Shown piece by piece: positions 1 through 5,696 of a stretch of DNA of 6,745 bases. The translations under genes and the position numbers were made by a program. Source of the stretch: an archaeon (GTDB lineage Archaea; Iainarchaeota; Iainarchaeia; Iainarchaeales; CSSED10-239); the NCBI GenBank assembly GCA_035387745.1, contig DAOOON010000034.1, forward strand, positions 1 to 6,745. Direction: 5' to 3'. Below the pieces are notes generated by a model, which saw only the letters and a program-made list of their open reading frames with translations, did not search any database and had not been told where the DNA came from. Numbering within the stretch: the stretch's first letter is position 1; every line of letters begins with the position of its first letter.

Positions 1-98
1 GAATCAAGGCCTTGAGGATAAGTAAGTAACTCTATAGCTAGATATCTTTTTTTATGCCTTAAATTTGGCCTGATTACTGCTAGTTTTTTCTTTTTCAT
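1..98 (-). CDS. rnp2: RNase P protein component 2 (Pop5 family). Only the N-terminal 32 codons are in the window; the gene continues past the left edge.
   Basis: Not in the ORF track. Reverse-complementing 1..98 gives ATG at 98..96 and MKKKKLAVIRPNLRHKKRYLAIELLTYPQGLD. The P-x-LR-x-K-K-RY-[IL]-A segment matches my recollection of the conserved archaeal Pop5 N-terminus (LPPTLR-KKRYIAF). The ATG overlaps the TGA stop of the upstream Rpp30-like gene (ATGA, 95..98). Pop5 and Rpp30 genes are commonly adjacent in archaea. Confidence 0.6.
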   Translation of the reverse strand, partial: MKKKKLAVIRPNLRHKKRYLAIELLTYPQGLD

Positions 99-685
99 AA
101 ATCTTCTAAAATTCTTTTTATCATCGCTCTTTCTATCCCAAGATTTCTTAAAAAATTCTTAAGAACTATTGGATCGACAAGGTCTTCAGGAACTTTTGCC
201 ATAGATACAAACCGAAACTCAACATTTCTTTTTTTTAATAGCTCTAAAATAAATAATGTTTGCTTTATTGCTTTGTTTTGATTATATCTTATTTCTCTTA
301 TATCAAAAAAAATAATTTTATTGTTTTGTTTTGCTATTCTTGCTAATCCCTCGTCAAAAGCGGTTTCTGAGGAAATGGGGTTTAAGAGATGAATTTCTGA
401 TTTGCTCGATATAATATTGGTGTTAGCTGAGAGACTGCTGCCTTGTCCAAGAATTAATGCGTTTTTTGTAATCTTGTTTTTTAGATTGCTATAAAGATTT
501 AAGTCTTTAAACAGAAATGCAGGCTTTGTGTTTTTTGCTTTTGGGAAAACAAAGTCAAGGTCTTCTCTTTTGTTTATCTCTTTAACTACGTAAATCTTTT
601 CGATATTTAGTTTCTTTAAAATTTCTTCTGCAGAGGGATAATTGAAAAACTCACTTGAAACTACATCAAAGTATTTTTCTTTCAT
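95..685 (-). CDS. rnp3: RNase P protein component 3 (Rpp30 family)
   Basis: The C-terminal two thirds (HLLNPISSETAFDEGLARIAKQNNKIIFFDIREIRY...LLKKRNVEFRFVSMAKVPEDLVDPIVLKNFLRNLGIE) follow the archaeal Rpp30 pattern as I recall it from Pyrococcus Rpp30 (I-SP...D-LA...KKNV...F-R...Y...L-KY-V...SSA...V-P-DL...LG-E). It sits next to a Pop5-like gene. Start choice: the track start at 730 is a TTG and would overlap argS by 37 nt. The first ATG (685..683) lies 8 nt after the argS stop and 7 nt after a GTGAT Shine-Dalgarno-like motif, so 685 is preferred. That gives 196 aa. Confidence 0.6.
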   Translation of the reverse strand: MKEKYFDVVSSEFFNYPSAEEILKKLNIEKIYVVKEINKREDLDFVFPKAKNTKPAFLFKDLNLYSNLKNKITKNALILGQGSSLSANTNIISSKSEIHLLNPISSETAFDEGLARIAKQNNKIIFFDIREIRYNQNKAIKQTLFILELLKKRNVEFRFVSMAKVPEDLVDPIVLKNFLRNLGIERAMIKRILEDL

Positions 686-693
686 TTTCTTTA

Positions 694-2394
694 TCACATT
701 TTCTCTGGAATCTCTATGCCTAATAACCAAGTTGCATTTTTTAGGGTTTGAAGATAAGTACTTATTAATGCTAGTCTTTGTTCTTGAAGCGCCTTGTTAT
801 CTGATATTACTGGGCAATTTCCATAAAACTTATTAAAAGCACGAGCTAAATCTAAACAGTGACTTGCAATAATATTTGGTTTTCTTTCTTTAGAAGCATA
901 TTCTACTTTGCTTGGAAACTGCATAATCAAATTTAATAATCTCTTTTCATCGTCTTCTAGTTTTTCTGGCTTTGGTGTGTTGTTTATGCCTTTGAAATTT
1001 GCTTTTCTTAAAATGCTTTTTGCTCGTACACCACTATACTGAATATATACTGCCGAGTCGCCTTGAAGATCAAGAGCGGAATTAATATCAAACACAAAGG
1101 TCTTGTTAAAACCAATCTTTAGCATCTCAAATTTAATTGTTCCAAACACTATCTTGTCTATTATTTCTTTGTCCTGCTCTAGGTTGTTTTCAGTTAATAC
1201 TTGTTTTACTTTATCTCGCAATTGATCTCTTAAGTCCTCATAAAGTACCATGCCTCCTGCACGAGAAGCCATCTTTCCGCTTATTAGATTTACCATGCCA
1301 AGAGAAATGTGCTCGTGTGTAGTTTCTGGATAAATCACAGAAAATAACCCAAATAATTGCCTAAAATAAAAATCCTGTTCTGAACCCACAATATAAATGA
1401 AATGCTTGCATTTTGGGAACTTCTGTTTTTTGATTTGCACAAGCGCTATATCTTTTGCACCATAAAGTGGTGCGCCGTTCTTTTTTATTAGCACTAAGAC
1501 ATCCAGTTTTTTGTCTTTTAGGTCTGCTATGATCGCACCGTCACTTTCCTTAATTATATCTTTGTGTTCTTTAAAAAATGCATCTTTAATTTCTAAAAAC
1601 TTCTTTTCGGTCTCGCTTTCAAAGATCTTGTCTACAAGCTCCACTCCAAGTTCTGTTTTAACCTGCATATAAGCATCATAACAAATGTCTCTTAGTCTTG
1701 CTATTTCTTTTTGTAATTCTTTATCTGTTAAAATCTGTTTTTGAATATTATCAATTTCTTTTGTGGAGTTTTCATTATCTTTTGTTTTTTCTCCAGCAGC
1801 AATATAGATTTCTCCAAACCATTTAGAGACGTTCTCTTTAGGAATCTTTTGCTTGTCTTTTGGTAGTTGTAAATAATACCAATACCATTTAGCGACATGC
1901 GTTCCTACATCTCCACCATAATATACTGGCTTAGAATCGTAACCAGAGAAAGATAAAAGACGAGAGATAGCATCTCCTCCAACTATCATTCTTAAGTGGC
2001 CAACATGCAAAGTCTTGAAAGTATTTGCATTAAAGGTGTCAATTACATATTGTTCTTTTGCGCCAGTTTTTGACTTTCCATAATTTTCTTTATTATCAAA
2101 AACTTGAGAAATTGTTTCTGTGTAAAGTATTTCTGGTTTTATCTTAATATTAACATATCCACTAACAGCAAAATACTCAAAAATATCCTGTTTTTCTTTT
2201 TTTAGTTTCTCAACTAAGTCTTTAGAAATGTCATTTGGAGATTTTCTTAGTTCCTTTGATAATGAGAAACACGGGAAAGATAAATCTCCAAGATTAAAAT
2301 CTGGTGGTTCTTCTATGATTTTAAGAGTTTCAGAAATATCTTTTTTTGTAATTTTAGAAATCTCTTCTGCAAATCTTTCTTTAAAGTTAAACAT
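694..2394 (-). CDS. argS: Arginine--tRNA ligase (arginyl-tRNA synthetase), class I
   Basis: 566 aa. N-terminal ArgRS additional domain (EEPPDFNLGDLSFPCFSLSKELRKSPNDISKDL...SGYVNIKI). HIGH motif as HVGH (1996..2007). Degenerate KMSKS region (SGKMASRAGG). C-terminal anticodon-binding helical domain ending in the typical ...PEKM. ATG start at 2394, preceded by AAGGTA 8 nt upstream. Confidence 0.95.
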   Translation of the reverse strand: MFNFKERFAEEISKITKKDISETLKIIEEPPDFNLGDLSFPCFSLSKELRKSPNDISKDLVEKLKKEKQDIFEYFAVSGYVNIKIKPEILYTETISQVFDNKENYGKSKTGAKEQYVIDTFNANTFKTLHVGHLRMIVGGDAISRLLSFSGYDSKPVYYGGDVGTHVAKWYWYYLQLPKDKQKIPKENVSKWFGEIYIAAGEKTKDNENSTKEIDNIQKQILTDKELQKEIARLRDICYDAYMQVKTELGVELVDKIFESETEKKFLEIKDAFFKEHKDIIKESDGAIIADLKDKKLDVLVLIKKNGAPLYGAKDIALVQIKKQKFPKCKHFIYIVGSEQDFYFRQLFGLFSVIYPETTHEHISLGMVNLISGKMASRAGGMVLYEDLRDQLRDKVKQVLTENNLEQDKEIIDKIVFGTIKFEMLKIGFNKTFVFDINSALDLQGDSAVYIQYSGVRAKSILRKANFKGINNTPKPEKLEDDEKRLLNLIMQFPSKVEYASKERKPNIIASHCLDLARAFNKFYGNCPVISDNKALQEQRLALISTYLQTLKNATWLLGIEIPEKM

Positions 2395-2412
2395 AATTTA
2401 TTACCTTTAAAG

Positions 2413-2485
2413 CGAGCCCGGAGGGATTCGAACCCTCGACCCACAGCTTAGAAGGCTGTTGCCCTATCCACTAGGCCACGGGCCC
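2413..2485 (-). tRNA. tRNA-Arg, anticodon UCU (reads AGA/AGG). No intron and no encoded CCA.
   Basis: The reverse complement folds by hand into a 73-nt cloverleaf: GGGCCCG TG GCCT AGTGGATA GGGC A ACAGC CT-TCT-AA GCTGT GGGTC GAGGG TTCGAAT CCCTC CGGGCTC G. It has a 7-bp acceptor stem (one G-U), a 4-bp D stem, a 5-bp anticodon stem, a 5-bp T stem with TTCGAAT loop, and discriminator G. It is GC-rich against the AT-rich background. Confidence 0.9.
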
Positions 2486-2510
2486 ACAATATATATAATT
2501 TAGAAAAGAA

Positions 2511-2523
2511 AATAAATAAAAAT
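2511..2523 (-). promoter_or_regulatory. Candidate archaeal TATA-like element for the tRNA-Arg (and possibly argS) transcript. The same T-rich stretch may also terminate the upstream gene.
   Basis: The minus strand reads ...ctaTTTTTATTTATTttc... about -26 to -38 from the mature tRNA 5' end. This is the spacing expected for an archaeal TATA box with a very short leader. The context is AT-rich, so specificity is weak. Confidence 0.25.
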
Positions 2524-2540
2524 AGAGCAGAAAGAAGCAC

Positions 2541-3617
2541 TTATTGTGCTTGTGCTGCTAAAGATTCTTGAATCTTAGAAAAACTCTCTGGGTTCTCTTC
2601 TATCCATTTTTGTAAAATTGCATATTCTGAGTTTATTCTATTTATGTCTTCTGAATACTTTTCTAAAATACTGTTTTGAAGAGTTTGTAAATTTTCTAAA
2701 AACTCGGAAGAATTATTAAACAATTCTAAATCGGCTTCAAAATATTTTCCTTGCTCTCCTGCACAATTAGCATATACTGCGGCTGATGGCTCTGAACTAA
2801 TCATATCTTTTGGTAAATATTTAATTTTGCCCGTATCAATATATTCAGACTTTAATTGCATTAATGATTCTTGTGCTAGTTTCTTACAATAACCACAATA
2901 ATAATCAGAATAAACATAAACAACAACTTTTGCATTTTCGGAACCAAAAAAGAAATCTCCTTCTTGATAAAACTGGTCTTCCACAACATTCCCGTCCATT
3001 GCTGCATCAATTTTTTCTTTTAATTCTGTATAAGTTAGATAACCGCCAGCATATTCGTTATTAATTATAATTGCAGGAGTTCCAGTTAAACCAATCATTT
3101 GTGCAAATTGTGTGTCTGTAAAAATCTTTTGTAAAATTTTTGCGTCGTTTTCTCCTATTTCTGCAGTAAGGTTAAGGTTTTCTGCAACACATGAATCTAT
3201 TTCAGTTTTATTTAAATTTAATTTGGAGGTTATTTGATCAAATATTGGCTTTTGTTTTACTTGTATATTTTCTAAAAGTTCAGTTTGTATCTTCTGACCA
3301 AATTCTGTTGTTTCAAGCATAAATGTTGAATATTTTTCTATAAATTCTTCTTCCGTTAAACTTACATTTGTATCGACAGGAGTAATTGTTATATTGTGAT
3401 CTACATCCTGATCTGTAATAATTGCCTTTTTGTTTTTTGTTAAAACAATTGTTGCAATTACTGCTCCGATTATTAAAATTATTATAATTAAAATTCCTAT
3501 AATCAAAAAAGTGTTTGATTTCTTTTTTTCTTTGTGAATTATTTCTTTCTTTTCGGTTTTAGGTTTTTTTTCAACTTTTACTTTCTTTTCTGTTTTCTTT
3601 ATTTTCTGTTTTTTCAA
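2541..3617 (-). CDS. Membrane-anchored DsbA-like (thioredoxin-fold) thiol:disulfide oxidoreductase, atypical domain order
   Basis: 358 aa. Lys-rich N-terminal tail (MKKQKIKKTEKKVKVEKKPKTEKK...). One hydrophobic helix (TFLIIGILIIIILIIGAVIATIVL, about 3441..3512), so N-in/C-out topology is predicted. CxxC active site in DsbA-family context (AKVVVYVYSDYYCGYCKKL, Cys codons 2895..2897 and 2886..2888), followed by YANCAGEQGKYFEADLELF. A separate upstream G-L-T-G-T-P-A-I-I-I-N segment matches the cis-Pro loop. The start is TTG at 3617..3615, backed by a strong GGGTGAT SD. There is no in-frame ATG nearby. Confidence 0.75.
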   Translation of the reverse strand: MKKQKIKKTEKKVKVEKKPKTEKKEIIHKEKKKSNTFLIIGILIIIILIIGAVIATIVLTKNKKAIITDQDVDHNITITPVDTNVSLTEEEFIEKYSTFMLETTEFGQKIQTELLENIQVKQKPIFDQITSKLNLNKTEIDSCVAENLNLTAEIGENDAKILQKIFTDTQFAQMIGLTGTPAIIINNEYAGGYLTYTELKEKIDAAMDGNVVEDQFYQEGDFFFGSENAKVVVYVYSDYYCGYCKKLAQESLMQLKSEYIDTGKIKYLPKDMISSEPSAAVYANCAGEQGKYFEADLELFNNSSEFLENLQTLQNSILEKYSEDINRINSEYAILQKWIEENPESFSKIQESLAAQAQ

Positions 3618-3622
3618 AATAT

Positions 3623-3629
3623 CACCCTT
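3623..3629 (-). promoter_or_regulatory. Shine-Dalgarno sequence (GGGTGAT) for the DsbA-like gene
   Basis: The minus strand reads aaaaaGGGTGATattTTG. GGTGAT is complementary to the archaeal 16S rRNA 3' end (GAUCACC), and sits 3 nt before the TTG start. Confidence 0.5.
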
Positions 3630-3659
3630 TTTTAATATGCTTAACTATAAAAATAGTAG

Positions 3660-3676
3660 TATAATATATTATATAG
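3660..3676. promoter_or_regulatory. AT-only 14-bp perfect palindrome (TATAATATATTATA, 3660..3673) with overlapping TTATATAG. Candidate TATA element(s) of the divergent promoter region.
   Basis: It lies in the 89-nt divergent spacer 3618..3706. Its centre is about 40 nt from the taw1 ATG and about 49 nt from the TTG of the DsbA-like gene. That is compatible with transcription starts about 26 nt away in both directions and short leaders. Confidence 0.3.
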
Positions 3677-3706
3677 AATAATAATAGTTTAAAAATAAGT
3701 GTTTTT

Positions 3707-4705
3707 ATGACAAAAGAATTAATATCAACAGAAAAGATAGAAAACTTAAAACATAAGCATTATGGTATGTTCGGCAAACACTCTGCTGTTGAGATTTGCG
3801 AATGGAATAAAAAAGCTCTGCGTGGAGAAGGCGTTTGCTATAAAGAAAAATTCTATAATGTCGAGTGCCACAGGTGTGCGCAAATAACGCCAGCAGTCCT
3901 TTGGTGCCATCAAAATTGTATTTTCTGTTGGCGACCCGCAGAGTATATGACTATTGATAAATTTACTACTAAAGACTATGACAACCCAAAAGAAATAATT
4001 GACGGATTATTTAAAGAAAGAAAAAAACTGCTTTCTGGTTTTGGTGGTTTTCCAAAAGTTTCTAAAGCAAAACTAAAAGAAGCAGAAGTGCCTAGCCACG
4101 TGGCCATTTCTCTTTCTGGGGAACCCACACTTTACAAGGACCTTTGGAAATTGATTAAGGAATTAAAATCTAGAAAAGAAATTAAAACCATTTTTGTAGT
4201 AACTAACGGAATGGAACCGGAAAATCTTTTGGCTTTACAAAAGCACAAAAACCTGCCAACACAACTTTATCTTTCTTTTGTTGCGCCAAACAAAGAATTA
4301 CATCTTAAAATTAATCGCCCAAAGATAAAAGACTCTTGGGAGAGATTACAAAAGACAATATGGATAATGCCAAAACTAAAATGCAGAAAGGTTATTAGAT
4401 TTACATTAATTAAAGGAATGAACGATGATAAAAAATATATTAAAGACTTTGTAAAAATCTTTGAAAAATCAAAAGCTGATTTTGTAGAAATAAAATCTTA
4501 TATGTATCTTGGATATTCTAGAAAGACTATGGCTATAGACAACATGCCAAAATATGAAGAATGCTTGAAATACGCAAAAGCTTTTGAAAAAGAATCAAAG
4601 GACTATAAGATCTCTGATACTTGTAAACCATCAAAGATAATTCTTTTAAAACATAAGAAATCAAAAGTTGATAATTTTATAATTAAGAAAAAAGGTAGAA
4701 AATAA
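3707..4705 (+). CDS. taw1: tRNA 4-demethylwyosine synthase (radical SAM; archaeal Taw1, homologue of TYW1)
   Basis: 332 aa. Radical-SAM motif CHQNCIFCWRP (C67/C71/C74). Three upstream cysteines, C31/C44/C57, are spaced 13 and 13 residues apart, as in the auxiliary-cluster cysteines of archaeal Taw1 (motif block 3797..3928). Family-typical context: KHSAVEICEWNKKAL...CYKEKFYNVECHRCAQITPA and ISLSGEPTLY. Confidence 0.9.
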   Translation: MTKELISTEKIENLKHKHYGMFGKHSAVEICEWNKKALRGEGVCYKEKFYNVECHRCAQITPAVLWCHQNCIFCWRPAEYMTIDKFTTKDYDNPKEIIDGLFKERKKLLSGFGGFPKVSKAKLKEAEVPSHVAISLSGEPTLYKDLWKLIKELKSRKEIKTIFVVTNGMEPENLLALQKHKNLPTQLYLSFVAPNKELHLKINRPKIKDSWERLQKTIWIMPKLKCRKVIRFTLIKGMNDDKKYIKDFVKIFEKSKADFVEIKSYMYLGYSRKTMAIDNMPKYEECLKYAKAFEKESKDYKISDTCKPSKIILLKHKKSKVDNFIIKKKGRK

Positions 4706-5584
4706 ATGGTTGAACTAAATTCAGAATTAAAAGCAGTAGTTGATGCTTTAAATAATGAAAAGACAATTTGTCTTTTGGCACCAAGCTTTCCTGTAGATTT
4801 TAAGTTCCCGGATATTATTCTAGATCTTAGAAGAATGGGTTTTACTAAAGTTGTGGAATTGACTTATGCTGCTAAACTTATTAATTATAAATATATAAAC
4901 ATAATAAATGAAAACCCCGAAAAACAATTTATTTGCGGTAATTGCCCAACAATTGTTAAATTAATAGAAAATCAATATCCTGATCTAAAAGACAATATTC
5001 TAGACGTTACTTCACCAATGGTGGTTATGGCGCGTTTTGTTAAAAGAGAGTTTGGGAATGATTATAAAACCATTTTTGTGGGTCCTTGCTTTGCTAAAAA
5101 AACAGAAGCCAAAGAAAATTCTGATTGCGTAGACTATGCTCTGACTTTTAAAGAGCTAATAGAAATCTATGATTATTGCGAAGAAAAAAATATTTTAAAA
5201 AATATTGAAGAAAATAAAGCAAACAGGGAATTTGATAAATTTTATAATGATGTGACAAAAATTTATCCACTTGGCGGCGGCGTTGCAAGTTCTATGATAA
5301 CAAAAGACATACTTAATCTTGAACAAGTAATTGTATGCGATGGCCCAAAATGTATAGAAAAGGCAATGTTTGATTTTACTAATAATACAAAATATAGATT
5401 TGTAGATATACTTTTCTGCGAAGGCGGTTGCCTTGGAGGACCAGGCATTGTGTGTAAGGATGATCTTGAAACAAAAAAACAAAGACTATTTGATTACAAA
5501 GAAAAATCAAGATACTACGAGCCTAATGAAAACTACGGAAAGTTCGTGCATGCTTTTGGACTGGATATAAAACGAAAGAAATGA
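4706..5584 (+). CDS. [FeFe]-hydrogenase H-domain-like / Nar1-like iron-sulfur protein, miniature (292 aa). Function uncertain.
   Basis: The three H-cluster signature regions appear in order. L1-like FICGNCPTIVKLIENQYPDL (compare TSCCPGW...YPEL), Cys codons 4934..4936 and 4943..4945. L2-like VGPCFAKKTEA (compare MPCxxKKxEA), Cys 5087..5089. L3-like DILFCEGGCLGGPG (compare ExMxCxGGCxxGGG), Cys 5417..5419 and 5429..5431. Also LAPSFPV, TSP and PLGGGVASS blocks. The ATG directly abuts the taw1 stop, and AAGGTA lies 9 nt upstream. Confidence 0.75.
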   Translation: MVELNSELKAVVDALNNEKTICLLAPSFPVDFKFPDIILDLRRMGFTKVVELTYAAKLINYKYINIINENPEKQFICGNCPTIVKLIENQYPDLKDNILDVTSPMVVMARFVKREFGNDYKTIFVGPCFAKKTEAKENSDCVDYALTFKELIEIYDYCEEKNILKNIEENKANREFDKFYNDVTKIYPLGGGVASSMITKDILNLEQVIVCDGPKCIEKAMFDFTNNTKYRFVDILFCEGGCLGGPGIVCKDDLETKKQRLFDYKEKSRYYEPNENYGKFVHAFGLDIKRKK

Positions 5585-5660
5585 ATTAGTATTTATCCCA
5601 ACGACTATCTGATTTGTTATTCCAAGATTTTAAAAAATTATCTAATAATTTATAATACTC

Positions 5661-5696
5661 TTTTTCTTCTTTATTTTTAAATTTAAATTTCTTTTT
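5661..5696 (+). terminator. Cluster of oligo-T tracts. Candidate archaeal terminator for the taw1/hydrogenase-like transcript.
   Basis: T5 runs at 5661..5665, 5674..5678 and 5692..5696, downstream of the stop at 5582..5584. Archaeal RNA polymerase terminates at oligo-T. The AT-rich background makes this weak evidence. Confidence 0.3.

Noticed and set aside
686-730. Upstream TTG start for the Rpp30-like gene, as given by the ORF track (211 aa)
   Set aside because: The codon at 730..728 is TTG, not ATG, and would overlap argS by 37 nt. The ATG at 685 has an SD-like GTGAT and no overlap. The longer form cannot be fully excluded.
642-836. 64-aa plus-strand ORF spanning the argS/rnp3 junction
   Set aside because: It lies antisense to two well-supported genes. 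The peptide is low-complexity and hydrophobic with no recognisable motif. This is a typical shadow ORF.
1137-1322. 61-aa plus-strand ORF inside argS
   Set aside because: It is antisense to the conserved ArgRS catalytic domain, has no SD or promoter context, and has the composition of a shadow frame.
2228-2410. 60-aa plus-strand ORF overlapping the argS 5' end
   Set aside because: It is antisense to the argS N-terminal domain and runs up to the tRNA-argS spacer. There is no support beyond being stop-free.
2491-2499. ATATATAAT run immediately upstream of the tRNA as its TATA box
   Set aside because: It lies only about 6..15 nt from the mature tRNA 5' end. That is too close for the usual spacing of about 26 nt to the transcription start. 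The T/A-rich element at 2511..2523 fits better.
2413-2540. tRNA gene as an integration hotspot (looked for an integrase, an att-like duplicate of the tRNA 3' half, or an island boundary)
   Set aside because: No integrase or recombinase ORF is present. I could not find a second copy of the tRNA 3' segment in the window. The flanking genes are core housekeeping genes with uniform composition.
2864-3064. 66-aa plus-strand ORF inside the DsbA-like gene
   Set aside because: It is antisense to the CxxC and cis-Pro regions of a motif-supported gene. The peptide is Asn/His/Gln/Leu-rich and low in complexity.
3510-3617. Repetitive A/G-rich (minus-strand) DNA at the 5' end of the DsbA-like gene as a possible tandem repeat or array
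   Set aside because: It is explained by the Lys/Glu-rich cytoplasmic tail (repeated EKK/TEKK). This is low-complexity coding sequence with no regular repeat-spacer periodicity.
5195-5482. 95-aa and 61-aa minus-strand ORFs (5195..5482 and 5263..5448) inside the hydrogenase-like gene
   Set aside because: Both are antisense to the region encoding the conserved GGG and CxGGC motifs. Their open frames are explained by the codon structure of the plus-strand gene.
5679-5690. Self-complementary AAATTTAAATTT in the convergent gap
   Set aside because: It is a pure A/T low-complexity palindrome, expected by chance in this composition. It also codes KFKFK in the candidate small ORF.
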